From Octopus bimaculoides (taxonomy: Eukaryota), in assembly GCF_001194135.2 (NCBI RefSeq), contig NC_068990.1, forward strand, positions 3,682,509 to 3,746,508: 64,000 bases of DNA, read 5' to 3'. Both the position numbers and the translations under genes were made by a program. Every line of letters begins with the position of its first letter. Positions within the stretch are counted from its first letter, which is position 1. The notes under the pieces are model-generated. The model was not told where the DNA came from and searched no databases. It saw only the letters and a list, made by a program, of their open reading frames with translations. Shown in pieces: positions 1-13,756 of this stretch.

Positions 1-856
1 ACGTTCTGAAGCTACCACCACCGAGGAAAACATTGATCGTGTTCACCAAATGGTGACGGATGACAGGCGACTCACGACAAATCAAATAGTCTAAGTTATT
101 AGTATACCTAGTGAGATAGTTGAGAATATTCTGGCTGAATTGAAACATGGGAAAATCTGACAGGTTGAAGTAGAACCATCTGCTTTCCTTGAACATTTCC
201 TAACTCAGGACGAATGATTTTCTCATCACTCAGGAACAGAGACAAAGAGACAATATAAACATTGCAAACACCCCTCCTCACCTGGTCCGAAGAAGACCAT
301 AGTCGCTTCATGCGCAGGAAAGGCGGTGGCCTCAGTTTGGAGGAAGTAAAAGTATTGTGTTTATTAACGGCCTTCAAATGGGCCAGACTATCAATAGAGA
401 GTACGATGCCAACTTCCTGAACAGTTACGAAAGTCTATCAAGACCAAACGCCGAGGAAATCTAACAGAAGTTGTCTTGTCTTTTATTCAACAGTACAAAG
501 CTCCAGTACACAACTTCTTGGTTTTAATGGCTGCTTTGCGTGACTATAACTTTGAACTGGTTGATCATTATTCCTATTCTCTTGATTTGGTCTCATCTGA
601 CTATCATGTTTCCTAGCATGAAACAACACTTGGCTGGGAGCCAGTATCGAAGTGATGATGACGTCATATCTGCTGTTGATGACGTTTTTGACAAACAGAA
701 TGAATGCTTCTTCACCAACGAGATCCAAGCACAGCAACACCGTTGTTGGAGTCGTTCGGACTGCAAGGAAAGATATATGTTTAAAAATAAACCTCATCTG
801 GTGAAAATCCATGAGAGTGTCTTGGTCAGCCTATAAACTTTTCAATTATCCCTCGT
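1..856 (+). mobile_element. Mariner (D,D34D) transposon fossil, cut by the window start; stops and frameshifts
   Basis: Manual translation gives TTTEENIDRVHQMVTDDRRLT (HTH region), FLTQDE (first D), HPSSPGPKK, AGKAVASVW, QQYKAPVH (DNAP equivalent, D lost) and YSLDLVSSDYH. There are 34 residues between the second and third catalytic positions. ORF 540-836 supplies the C-terminus, and a TIR-like end CCCTCGT lies at 850-856. Confidence 0.9.
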
Positions 857-875
857 GTATGCATTCGTTTTCAAT

Positions 876-1011
876 GGTGGAACTTGCAGTAGGTAAAGCT
901 ATAAATAATACAGTTTAAGCATTGGATTAAAAAGCATTTCGGGTACGAACGATTTTTTAACCCAATATTTAGACGCTATCATTTATAGCTTTATCTACTT
1001 CGAGTCTCACC
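876..1011. repeat. Imperfect inverted repeat (58-bp arms, about 20-nt loop), MITE-like hairpin
   Basis: 876-933 versus the reverse complement of 954-1011 gives 46/58 matches, mostly transition mismatches. Confidence 0.75.
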
Positions 1012-2084
1012 GCTAATATTGAACTATTTCACGTCTCTTGAACTTTCTAAATTCTTTACGCGCGCGCGCGTGTGTAAAAGTAGTAGAGACACCTGAGTTA
1101 AAAGGGTACTGGACGGAATAATTTTTCAATATTTAGGCCCAATTTCCTTAGTTCGAACTTCAAACATTTGATTGATCTACGCTTTACATCAAATTGCTTG
1201 GATGTCGATAAAAATAATTTCCCTTATCATATAAAGATCAATAAAATTTACTATACAACAGCCGCAAGAATATTTGCTGTTGTGCATACCAAGAGAAAAA
1301 CTAATTATATAGTTTCTTTCATTCTTACAGAAATTCACATAGAAAACACTTCCGTAGAGATATATAATTGTCGTTAAATGAAAAAAGCAGTGTTTTAGAA
1401 CATTTTTTGATGTTCTGTTAAGTGCTTCACTATAAAATTAACGTACCACCCACAAAAATTCAACAGATATTTTTCCATTTTCCTTACTATGTCCATAGGT
1501 GCTGTTTTGGAAATGCTTAATACTACTTCGTCTGAACAATGTCTTACATTTTTTACGAGGATGTGTGCATTATTAATGCAATCGAGCCAGAAATATAATT
1601 TGTGTTTAACTTGTCGATCCCTAGAACGGGAGAAGACAAAATCAAGTATATTTTTATGAAATTATTGGTGATATTTTGTTTCATAAAGATTTAGCCCCTC
1701 AATTTGTAATGTTATAAATTTATTCCAATAATGTAGGGAAACAACCGAAACTTTTGAAGCTATACGTTCATAAATATTTTATATTATACCGCTAGAAATG
1801 GAGTTGAAAATATACATTATATACACATATACAAATATACATATATATGTAATACACAGTTTCCAAGTTTAGAACTGAATCTAGTGTAACTGCGCTTTAA
1901 AATACAAAGACATGTTGCATGCCAACAAAATCATTTATTTACACGTATTTCAAATGCAATTTAGTACGATAGATATATAAATAGTTGTGGTGCTTGTTTA
2001 GTCCAAAAGCAACGTTGATCGATCAGATCTATTACGAAAATTGTTCTACCAGAATCAGCCCATATTTTCATGACATATATTACT

Positions 2085-2290
2085 ACATTGTTCCGTGTGG
2101 TGCTTTTTATAAAACAGTGGGTCTCGTTTGAGGGATAATTGACTGATATATCTAGTTGGGCAAGGGACAGCTAGGATACTTATGAGGGTTCTTGGCATCT
2201 ACGTTTACTTGTTGTAGCCCGATGTTAGGATTCTTTTCTCTTCCAACACTCTAATCTGTTGAGTGTATATAAAAATGATAATAATAAACA
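2085..2290 (+). mobile_element. 3' end of an RLE-type (R4/Dong-like) LINE, copy A
   Basis: Encodes GTARILMRVLGI, the typical R4-clade C-terminal GTARILRxVL motif. A short 3' UTR and an ATAATAATAA tail follow. Confidence 0.6.
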
Positions 2291-2299
2291 GCTAATACC

Positions 2300-3976
2300 A
2301 CAATCTGACTTGCTTATCACACATCTATCAAAGACCTAGATCGGGAAGGTTGGGGTATACGATGGGAAAGGGATTCAACACACATCAATGAAAGAGAAGA
2401 ACAGGAAAGAGTATTTTAGAGGTGTCAGAGTGGTTCTAAATAGTGATTTGAACTCCCAAAATAGAATTGAAGTTTTAAACTCCCTGACAGTACTAGTTGT
2501 CCATTATAACCGTAATGTCATCAATTGAGGGCGGCGAGCTGGCAGAAGCGTTAGCACGTCGAGTGGAATGCTTAGCAGTATTTCGTGTCTTTATGTTCTG
2601 AGTTCAAATTCCGCCGAGGTTGACTTTACTTTTCATCCTTTCGGGGTCGATAAATTAAGTACCAGTTGCGTACTGGGGTCGAACTAATCGACTGCTCCCC
2701 CCCCCCAAAAAAAGAAAATTTGAGCCTTGTGCCTAGAGTAGAAAGGATGTCATAAATTGGAATCTGAGTAAAATCCAGGAAACTGCTGACACTACACAGG
2801 ATGCACCATCCAAAATCAGACGTTCACAGGCCCTGTCTCCCACGAAAGGAAGGCGGTACAGACCTAATCCAAATTAAAATGTCTTGTAAAACAACCATAA
2901 TATAACTCCAAGTGTTCATTCAATGTAATACCGACTGAATGACACAGCTGTTAAGGCAACATGAACAGATTAAGAAACTGCACTCAATCGCAAAGAGGTA
3001 TATAAATACAGATGAGAGCTTAACCCGCCTGATTATGATGATGATAAGGAGGACGCACTATCCACTAAAGCAGCAAAAAAAGTGTTAAACAAAAGCCAAG
3101 CAAGAAAGCTTGATGGTTATATCGAGATTGTATTAGGAAAAGCCATTGCATGGGCAAAGCCCCAAACGCACTGGTGAAGCTGATGTAGATATGAAAAGAA
3201 CTTGTAAGTGGCGGCAGAGTGCTGGTTTGAAAGCCGAAACAGAAGGATTCATCCTAAAGGCATACGATCAGTCTCCTCACTCGGATCTATCCGGCTAATG
3301 TCACACACACTGACGTACACACAAAGTGTAAACGCTGAAATGACAAACTGGAGAGTATTGTCCACATTGTTGCCGGTTGCTCAGTCCTTTTCCCTACAGA
3401 ATATAAAACCTGGCATGATCGAGTTGGCCATTACTTGCACTGAAGTGTATGTTGTCACTATGATATCCCGCACACTGAAAACTGGTATGAACACCATCTA
3501 TAGCCAGTCACTGGGGAAGGTAATTTTACCATTTTATGGGATTATAGGATAGGCACAGATAAAAAAAATAAACCAGAAATCGTCATCAAAGACCTAAGAA
3601 AAAAACATGCCTGTTAAATGATATGATAGTGCCTTCTGGTAGTAACATCTCAGCAAAGGAATTCGAAAAACTTCCGAAATATAAGGACCCGACATTGAGA
3701 TATTTAGGACATGGCAATTAAAAGCCAAAGCCATCCCTGTTGTTGTGGATGCCCCCGGAAGGATCAAGAAAAGTAGTGACAATTTGTTTTTACCTTATCA
3801 CTGGAAAACAAGCAGTCTATGAGACTCAAAAAATTTGTTGATATCAAACACCCGCGTTTTCAGGAAATTTATCTCCATCTAGTATATACATGCCTTGGGT
3901 GTCTGGTTCAGACACGGCCGAAAGATGAAATAAAATGCAAATCAATCGGAAAATAATAATGATAGTAATAATAATA
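2300..3976 (+). mobile_element. 5'-truncated R4/Dong-like non-LTR retrotransposon (RT thumb, CCHC knuckle, RLE endonuclease), degenerate, interrupted by a SINE
   Basis: Frames give KEYFRGVRVVLNSDLNSQNRIEVLNSL, MHHPKSDVHRPCLPRKEGG, SAGLKAETEGFILKAYDQS, KCKR..ESIVHIVAGCSVL..TEYKTWHDRVGHYLH, ILWDYRIGTDKKNKPEIVIKD and KEFEKLPKYKD. The element ends in an (AAT)n tail. Confidence 0.88.
2528..2746 (+). mobile_element. tRNA-derived SINE (family A) with a 13-bp target-site duplication
   Basis: A-box-like TGGCAGAAGCGTT and B-box GAGTTCAAATTCC, plus the core shared with about 20 copies in the window. TSD is ATGTCATCAATTG (2515-2527) / ATGTCATAAATTG (2747-2759). Confidence 0.9.
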
Positions 3977-3986
3977 ACAGACAGAC

Positions 3987-4045
<59 letters not shown>

Positions 4046-4066
4046 GAGATAGATAGATAGATAGAT
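3977..4066. repeat. (GACA)n(GATA)n microsatellite
   Basis: Direct reading. Confidence 0.95.
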
Positions 4067-4531
4067 AAAGATAAATCTGGCAGTAACTTCTTATAAACAA
4101 TTTTAGTAGTTTATCACAATAGTAGGAGGCAACAGTTTCGCCCAGTACTACTATATAAATTTATATTTCTTTCTATGTTTATATTCTGTCTACTCGCTTA
4201 TATTCATATATGTGCGTGCGTATGTGTGTATGTGTGTGTATGGTGTGTGTGTGTAAGTGCGTGTGTGCTTGTTTCTGGGTGTGTGTGTCTTCACATTTTA
4301 TGATATAAGTAGAGATTTTATGTGACTAACAAAGAATAATTACGTGTTTATTGACGCATATATTTATATATATCTATTTGCTTACATACACGCTCGAATT
4401 ATATATATATATATATATATCCACCATATAAGTGTTCATATATTGACTTACAGCATATATATTCACTTACAACATATATATAAATTTGCATATCATATGA
4501 GGGGGTATGTACACATATATGATAAGAACGC

Positions 4532-4533
<2 letters not shown>

Positions 4534-4586
<53 letters not shown>

Positions 4587-4594
4587 TGTGTGTG
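4534..4594. repeat. (TG)n microsatellite
   Basis: Direct reading. Confidence 0.95.
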
Positions 4595-5789
4595 AAATCA
4601 CTATGTATTATTTGGGAATTCATATTGATTAATATGTTTATCAGACTGACAATAAATTTATTTAAAGTGTTTTTACCGTTATTTTCGGTTCGTTCGCCTT
4701 CTTTTCCCTATACCCCGTTCATGTTCATAGTGTGGTTACTGTGAATACTAAATGATCTTGCTGACGGGATGCATCGAATAAAAAAATGTACAATATACAC
4801 TTTATTCAGACATGTCTATTTGCAATATATTGCTTAAATAAACTTTGCTACCAACGCCATCTTTTAATGGAGAAATGGGGAGACAAAAGGAAGACAGCAC
4901 GGAAAAGGAAGTGAGGGAATGCGGGAGAGAGAAGTAGAGTCACAGATGGAAGTGTAGAAGAAAAGAAAGCAAAAAAGAGGAAAATATATCTTCTATATTT
5001 TGCTATATGCAAATGTAAGAAATTTTTTGTTAATATTGTAGGCATCTCTCTTTTTATCGTTTTAGGTTTCTTAACCTTTGCTATTTTATTATTCAGACCA
5101 ATAATTCCGCAATCGACAACTCTTTATTTATAAAACAATATCATTTAATGGGCGAATACATATATATGATTGCCATTATTTAAGAAAGGAATGCGACTGG
5201 TGAAATCAATAACGTGTCTGAATATCACTCGAAATATCGATATTTCTTGTATAGATACTAATATTAATGCCCTTTCTATAGTGACGAGATATTAGCTATC
5301 ATTGTATGAGTTCAAAAAGTCGTGACCGAACCAGTGGATGATTTTCTATGTAGTCACACATCTGCTAGTGATAGGAACCACATCTCATTCAAATCACTCG
5401 TTACAAATATAATCGAAAGAAGGATTCATAGCACAATGAGAAGCTTTAATGTGATCATATCACTAAATAAAAGAGTTAACAAATGAAAATATTTTCATTT
5501 TTAGTTGCTCGATAATTACGTATTCAAAATAACGATCTTCGGTTACATCGAATACAGACCTGAAACAAGGTGACAGAGTCAAGAGTTTTAATCCATAAAC
5601 CGACAAAATAGATATTGTTTCACGAAAGTATCCGAGTCACTGGAGATAAAATGGGAAAGATAGAAAAATAGATAGATATGTTGGTGTTTGTGTGTGTGTG
5701 TATGTATGTGTAGTATGTATATGTGTATGCGACACAAAATTAAGCTTACCACCAAAAGGAATAAATAAATTTTCATACTTACCATCTTC

Positions 5790-5935
5790 CATCAACAATC
5801 ACCTGAATTCTATTCACAAAGTTTTGATGTACCTAAGTTAGAAGACCCATGTCCAAGTTGCCATGCATTGGAATCGAACTGTAAACAACCTTGCAGCAAA
5901 TCGAACTTAATTATCACACAAACATTCCTGCTCCT
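5790..5935 (-). mobile_element. Degenerate SINE family B head
   Basis: Resembles 43057-43221 (GAAGAC..TGTCCAAG..GCCA, GGAATCGAAC B-box reverse complement, CCTGCTCCT end). Confidence 0.45.
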
Positions 5936-7947
5936 TTAAAGCCACTGTATTTCAATTACATAAAAAGATTCTTACTTATTGTCACAAGGTCAAGCACACT
6001 TGCTACCTAGTAATTAATTATCGAGGACGCAAATGCATGCTTGGTAATTATTTATCAAGATCAGGTGTACGATATACATAGCAGGTTTATTTATCAACAG
6101 TGGCATTGATAAAGTCAAGACTGATGAAAATTAAATATAGTGTTTTAGAAATTAATACACCAGTGCGTGTGATACGTTGCCTCAAACGCTTCGGTCATTC
6201 TGTTACACTTAATGGTTATTTTTTCCGAAATTAATGGATTTTAACAATTTTCAGTACATTTAAACTGTTTTCATGTCTATAGATGTAACTCTGATAAAAA
6301 GGATATCTACATTAATCCTATGATAATGATATATCTATGAAAATGTATATCTATATTCATTATCTGGGTAATGTATAAAAAAACAAATTACTTCTAGATT
6401 TTTCATTCTCCAGTACTGAAATCAATAGACATCACATTTATCTCTAAGATATGATAATAATATTCTTTGAATATAAATCATTCGGTAATACAATCTGTTG
6501 ATGCTGTACAAATTTATTAATGATCTTCTTGTTCGAAAAGAGAATAGTTCTGCGCTGTTTAGAGAGTACTTCGGTTTCAATTTTCGGTTGAACCTTTTGT
6601 ATACTTTTGATATTCTTGGGAACATTATGAAAGACATTTTATACTACTTATTTCTTTGCCAAAAATAAAAGTAAAACATAACTTATTCATTTAAAGATCT
6701 TTTATAATCTACACAAATGTATTTCCCTAAGCTAAACGACCTCTCGAGGATTTCCAATGACATTATAGGTACAGGGTAATATATCTGTTCAGTCAAGGAC
6801 GGACTTTCTTAAAGATTACTTGTTCTAATGCGACCGTCTATAAATTTTAAATTCTTTGGAAACATAATACAGAAATGTCATCTTCAAGACAACATAATTA
6901 AGTTGGTTTCTTATATTTAGGGCAGGATTCATTCAAATGCTAACTAAAAGTTAGCCATGAAGAAAAGGAACAAAAAATATAATAGCCAATTACTAAAATA
7001 ATTTTATTTATTTCTGGAAGAACGTGAGACAACAGTCGACATGATTTGTTTTTAGTATGGTATGACCTGATTACCGAAGTAGATTTTTTTAGCACACTTA
7101 TGGGCGTAGTTAGTATTGAATCTCTAAGTAACTATGTCTTACAATCATTGTACCTTGCACAATACAGTCACTTAAGAATTCACTCCTCAATACACCCTAC
7201 TTCAGTAATCAGGTTATACAAAATCCAAAATGTTTCACGTGGTTTTGGAAATAAGTAAAATTATACTAGTAATTAAGTAACTTCTAGTTAGCTTTTGAAT
7301 ACTCCCTGTCCTAAATATATGAACACTAACCTCATTAATTTGACTTGAAGATTACTTTTCGGAGATATTAAGTCTGTAAGGCGTTTTAAATTTATAATTA
7401 ATCTGCTTAGAACACGTGATTTTTAACAAGTTCATTTCTAGTTCAACTAATTGTGTTTAGCCTATACCCGTAATACCATGAAAAATCTATGATATCATAA
7501 TTTTGAGTATACTGGACTTCCTCAGTGAATTATGAACATCATTGCACTTACCGAAATATTGTTGAGATAATCACTGAAGTAACTGAAATTGAAATTCTCA
7601 GAGAAAACCTTTGGTTATTCTATTGTTTAAAATAGATCAGTTTTGATGAAGCAGCTATGATTGAAAGATGAAAAACAACACACCAAATGATCATATTCGC
7701 TTATTTTTTAAAATCTTTTTTATCTAGAACTACAGGATCCCAGGTGTCTTCTATTTCTAATGACGCCCCTGTTTTTTTAATTATTCATTTAATCTACCTG
7801 AGATACCAAGTTACACAAGGGGCAGCAAAGTTTATTGAATCCTACTAAAGAAAAAAAATCAACTTAGGAGAAGGAAAAAAATGGATATTCAACTCGTATT
7901 TTAGCAGGTCTTTAGTCGTCACATAATGTCACCTTTTGTTTCAAGGC

Positions 7948-7995
<48 letters not shown>

Positions 7996-9132
7996 TATCA
8001 AGTGACAATTTATGTATTCTAATAAATTGTAGAGTCAACAAGAAAGACTCGGCCGCGATGCAGAATCAGTCGTAGACATGAAAATGCATGCAATATATTT
8101 CCTATTATACTCGTTTGGCTGTTGTAATTTGGCCTCGATTATCTTTTATCGAGTACTTCATTTTATCTGTTCATATTCCAAACTTTCATATACTATCGCC
8201 TAATATATATATANNNNNNNNNNNNNNNNNNNNNNNNNNNNNNNNNNNNNNNNNNNNNNNNNNNNNNNNNNNNNNNNNNNNNNNNNNNNNNNNNNNNNNN
8301 NNNNNNNNNNNNNNNNNNNNNNNNNNNNNNNNNNNNNNNNNNNNNNNNNNNNNNNNNNNNNNNNNNNNNNNNNNNNNNNNNNNNNNNNNNNNNNNNNNNN
8401 NNNNNNNNNNNNNNNNNNNNNNNNNNNNNNNNNNNNNNNNNNNNNNNNNNNNNNNNNNNNNNNNNNNNNNNNNNNNNNNNNNNNNNNNNNNNNNNNNNNN
8501 NNNNNNNNNNNNNNNNNNNNNNNNNNNNNNNNNNNNNNNNNNNNNNNNNNNNNNNNNNNNNNNNNNNNNNNNNNNNNNNNNNNNNCGATCTATACTCCTA
8601 AGACAGAAGAGTTTGATTCGAGAGAGATTTTATAATGTTCATCCGTAAAAGTGCCACCAAGAGATCCTTCTCCTTTACTTTACTGATGTTTCAAAAGTTT
8701 TACATGAATACGGCCATCGTAAGGGGAAAGTGAAGATTTTACGATATTTTTAGATACAGAGATGGTAAATTTTATTGTGAGAGAGATTAACAATTATTAT
8801 AGATTTTGTACTTATTGAATGTGAAAATAAATATAAAAATTACACTTAAGGACATCTTTGGTGTTTGCTCGTTTGGTGCACACATTCATACAACCCTCTC
8901 TCGCTGTTTAAGGCTTAAACGACAGTGGTATTTATCTTCCAGATTATTGACGTCTAGTTCAAACCAAAGCCTAAGGTTTTAAACGTGTGTCTGTGAATAG
9001 AGTAACCAATTTCATGCAGATATTGTTTTGCTATATTTGTGGGATAGCTATCAAATTTTGGGGAGTGTCAATTACAATAAACTTGTAAGTGCACTTTCGA
9101 GAAGATTTTTATTTTTAATCGTCATACTAGTA

Positions 9133-9285
9133 GACGCAGTGTGGTCGAACATTTAACAAGTTTGCTTCCTGGTTCAATCCCATAGCATGAACTTTTATAT
9201 ATTGCTTTGGACAGCCTTGAGTCGCCTCATACACTATGGAGGGAATTGGTAGATAGGAATTGAACAGAAGCCCATCAGACAGAAT
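9133..9285 (+). mobile_element. Degenerate SINE family B
   Basis: GCAGTGTGGT head, GGTTCAATCCC B-box, and a 3' part TTGGTAGATAGGAATTGAACAGAAGCCC matching the other B copies. Confidence 0.5.
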
Positions 9286-9650
9286 AATTGAAACTGTAAA
9301 CTAAAAGGTACAGACTTTATCATATGCTGTGCCATACTGAGGGTTACGTTAAAGATACGAATGTCTTTGGAAAGGTCAGCCAGTTACATGTTAGTTAAAG
9401 GGGGTGGCAATTCAGGAGATTGAAGATTTTGAATCCTCGTCGTCCAACAATAAAAATCTACCACTGCCATAATAAGAGCTAATCTTATATTTCTGTGACC
9501 TATACTCGGATTTCGTGAAAATGTATTTCACAGAGCAGAAGATATATAATTGGAAAATAACAGTAGGTTGTCCTCAATAGTGTAGAAATAGCGTCTGTAG
9601 ATTTAAATATAAAAGAAACTGTTTTAAAGAGTTTTATTATGCCGCAAGCT

Positions 9651-9870
9651 AAGGCGATGGTCTAGCAGAATCGTTCCGGTGCCAGGCAAGATGCTTAGTG
9701 GCATTTCTCCTTGATTTATGTTCTGAGACGAGAAACCCCCAAGGCCGGCTTTGACTTTGTTACTTTTTGGAGGGTCTATGAAATAAATGACAATCGAGCA
9801 CTAAGGTCATGTAATCGAGTACCCTCTCCCAAAAATTTCAAGTCTTGCGTCTAAATTAGAAATTATTATA
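9651..9870 (+). mobile_element. Degenerate SINE family A
   Basis: AAGGCG..CTAGCAGAATCGTT head, ATGCTTAG, GTTCTGAG, TAATCGA..CCC core and ATTATT tail. Confidence 0.65.
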
Positions 9871-10568
9871 TTTTGTCACAAACTTATATACAAACATGAA
9901 ACCAGCTATGAAACCTAATAAAGACTGAATACTTCGGTCACAGTCTAACTAATGCACAGTAACTACTTGGACATAGCGTCGAGTTCATATCTTTCATGTG
10001 ATACCGTTGAACAACCAATTAGTATTCCGACATCATTTTGACTACTTTAATTAATGTTGGCTCAAATTGACACCAGTCAACAACTTTGCAAAACGTTTCT
10101 GAATAACGCTGATTAATATTATATAATGTACAATACCCACACTTATAAACATTTACAATTGCAGCTTTAGAGTAGGAATTAGAGAACCACGTATAGTTTT
10201 CGATTTTCTATATTTTAAAGTTAAATGTGATTGCAAATACGCGTACACGGCATATTAGTAAAACTAGGTATCCCACTGGATACTCGCTTTTGATAATCTT
10301 TCTTAATATTGAGAAAAACAACATGTTTTAAATCTCTGAGCGAGAGAAATACAGTAACAGTACTGGATAGTAATGTTTTATTGCCAACATAACGTAGCGG
10401 TCCTGTAAGGGACGATGTTACTGTTGTTTTAGCCCAAGGAAAACATCTTTTCCAGCTGTCTAAGGACACACAGTCTGTGTCCGTATATAGCATTTGCAAG
10501 GGAGGTCATCGCTCCCATCTCTAGCCTTATGTGATACTCACAGACCTAGGTTTCTGAATATTATCCGG

Positions 10569-10730
10569 TTTGCTTGTCAGAATTGCTTGTCAGTTGCTTG
10601 GCCTTAACCACTTGAGCATGTCCCTTAGTCGCTGACAATATGTGCACCTCTGATCATGAGCAGGAGAAGTGGGGGAGCATCATAGCCATGTGTTGAGAGA
10701 GATTCTTTGGAGTTTGTATAAATGTAACAA
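10569..10730 (+). repeat. Interspersed repeat (working name family E), second copy inverted at 49950-50110
   Basis: CAATATGTGC..CTCTGATCA.GAGC...ATAGCCATGTGTTGAGAG.GATTCTTTGG is shared with the reverse complement of 49950-50110. Confidence 0.7.
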
Positions 10731-12494
10731 AAGCAAAGTTTGAAGGAAATATTAGTCACATTTTATATCTTCTAGGGATAAGCAAATAAGATATAACGGG
10801 TGCTATCCAAGGACAAAAATCGTGTTACAGATTGTAATTCATTGAGGACAAAGTACATTGTTTCAAAGACATCACAAAGAGAAGTCGATAGTATCGGGAT
10901 TTAAATAAGGGATATAAATTCGAGAAACTAAACATTCTAAAGTAATTTCATTAAATAAATACTGTAAATTAGCGCTGCATTCTACCACCGCTGTTACTCC
11001 ATTGCCTTTCTGGAGAGGAAAATCCTTCCATTCTGTTGCTCAAAAGTCCATCACTAAAGTTAGATACACGGTACATGCTTGGGAGAAACAGGCCGCACGA
11101 ACTGTTCTGATCACTTTCATTGACACGTTAGATATTGAACCAACGGTGTTAACAATTAATGATGTTGATATATTTAATTTATAAATATCCCCTGAGCCTA
11201 GTAGAAACAAAACACATCTGGAAATAGAAAACCTGATGACGGTCAGAGATAAGATTAATCTCATTGTAATACAGGTGTAAATATATCAAGATATATTATA
11301 TCCTTCAAATCGTGGTGACAGAAAGGCAAAAATTGTCATTGTTTTATCAAATACTTATTGCAGGCACATTTTACTTGATAACTGTAAATCAGTAGAACAT
11401 TATTATATACTTTTTTAGTACTTGTAACAACAAAAGCTTTGGGCTATTGAGAGATCCATGGTCTTTAGTTATGAACATCGTTCAGTACAGGAATCAAATA
11501 CAAGCTTTTTAGATGGCGACTAGCGTTCCTTATCACTGCTGATATATATCATTAGGTGCTCTATGATTTATCGATTACCGACTTGAGAAACAGACAAACA
11601 AATCATTTTTCTAGGAAGTAGATACCAGCGCTTCCTGCAATCGATATAATCAAGAAGAATATATTTGAAATTAGTCCAACGATAGTACTAACATTGTCGA
11701 TTGCTAATGAATTCAAAATCAAAGTTGGCTTTTGGCAGGTTTTGAACTTATAAGGTTGTCACTCGAAACTGAATTTCAAAAGACTTTTTCCTTCTTATAG
11801 TACAAACACACCACCACTTCACGATCGTGAAGGATCATCAAGATACTCCTACAAATGATATAAGAAGTATTTTCATCTGAGTGAACTGAACCACTGACAG
11901 TTACATATGGTTTTGGACGCCACCGTGGTACGCAGTGTCAGCAAGAAGCGTCAAGTACTGTTAGCAAGAAGCGAACTGCCAGTTTGTAATCGCATAACCA
12001 AAACAAACATAATTACTGGTTTATTCAGCCACTGTTCTACTTTTACACATTACAAAACCTCGCAAAATGTTTTTATAGTATTCAATAATATTTATTTTCA
12101 TTCAACGCGTGAGAAACCAAAAGACAGAAGCAACTCGGTTAAATACCGTTTGAATACAATCAGCAAATACGAAGTAAAACAATAATATAATAGTGAAAAC
12201 GCGGAAAAGTCTAAAAGCTGTGTGCGGTGAATTTCTGAGATAAAAGCAAATTTAATCAAAGACCAGTGATACATCTTAAACGCTACATGACCGATCGAGG
12301 ATGAGATTTCTTCTTCGAGCCAATATAGAAAAAAGAACTGGAAAGTGCTGAAGTAAGCAGCGTGTGTAATGATGTATTAATGAAGTTTACATGGATGGTT
12401 AGTGATGCAAGCAAGTTGTGTCATTGGGGAAATGTATCTGATACACAACTTCGATAAAAACTTATATCATCATCACCACCATAAATGTTGCCAA

Positions 12495-13257
12495 GAATAA
12501 TAATAATATTTTCTGATTTTGAAATGATTAGTCGACTCTATTGATCCCAGTACGTTAATTGTACTTTATTTTATCGACCCCGTTAAAAAGAAAGGCAAAG
12601 TAAACCTCAGCCAGATTTGAACTCCGAAAGTATAAAGCTAGAACAAATACCGCAAGCTGACGATTTTGCCAATACGTCAATGTAACGCATAATGGTTTCA
12701 AATCGCCAGAAATTCTTTGGACAGGATGTTAGTCGATACATCAAGACTAATTCTTGACCGGTGGTCAATTCAATTGACCAACGAGAGATGAAAAGCAAAG
12801 TTGACTTCGTCATAGTTTGAACTCAGACAGTAATTAACCGGAACAAATATGACAACGCATTTTTCTGAAGTTCTAACGATTCTGATAATCCAGCACCCCA
12901 ACAACAATAACCATAATTCTTTCAAATTCCGGCACAAGGCGAGCAATTCTAAGGGGTGGGATCAGTCGATTACATTGATCACAGTCGTTGACTGGCACTT
13001 TAGTTTATAAACCCGGAAATGATGAAAGTTAACATCCAGAAGCAATGCCGCCAAGCATTTTTTTTTTCGAATTTTGGTTGGGGACAAGTCTGTTACATCT
13101 ACCCCACTGCACAACTGGCTACATATTCGTTGACCCCGAAATGGATCAGAGATAATGTTGACCTCGGCGCAACTCGGTCTCAGAAAGTGATGACGCATGA
13201 ACTGCCGCTTGTCGTTTTCTCCGACGGGCAAACGGCTCTGCCAGCTCACCGCCTTAA
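12495..13257 (-). mobile_element. Cluster of about four degenerate SINE-A copies, all on the minus strand
   Basis: Recurrent GTCGA..ATCGACCCC core, AAAGTTGAC(C/T)TC, TTTGAACTC B-box reverse complement, and CTGCCAGCTCACCGCC end at about 13255. Confidence 0.75.
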
Positions 13258-13756
13258 CCATAAAACTCATAATGATTCTTTTTTATTGACAGCGAGACGC
13301 GTACAATACTGAATTACGAAACTATTACCAAACGAATGAGGATACAGGCAAAATTCTAAAAAAATGAGAAGATAAAGACATCTTACAGGATATTTACTTA
13401 GCTGCACAAAAGATTAAATTAAATAATGAATATGTAGGTGCATAATTGTAAACCGCAGAGAAGATTTCAATGTTACCAAACTTGATAAAGCTTACGAGCT
13501 CACAATAATTGCCGACAAATTCTTAGATGTCAATTCAAGTTTTCAATGCAGGTGTTCAGATTTTCATGATAGTGCATTGTAAGTTATGAATATCAGTGCA
13601 GTTAAAACAAAAGTCTCATCTGCTGACATCATATCTTCTGAAAGAATCCATGCAATACTAAATAGCGAGATTCTCAAAAGAGATCGAAAAACAAGTGACT
13701 TGGCCCAAACTTAACCGTGATGGAGAGTATAATCAGGTTCTGTTCGTGATGTTATC

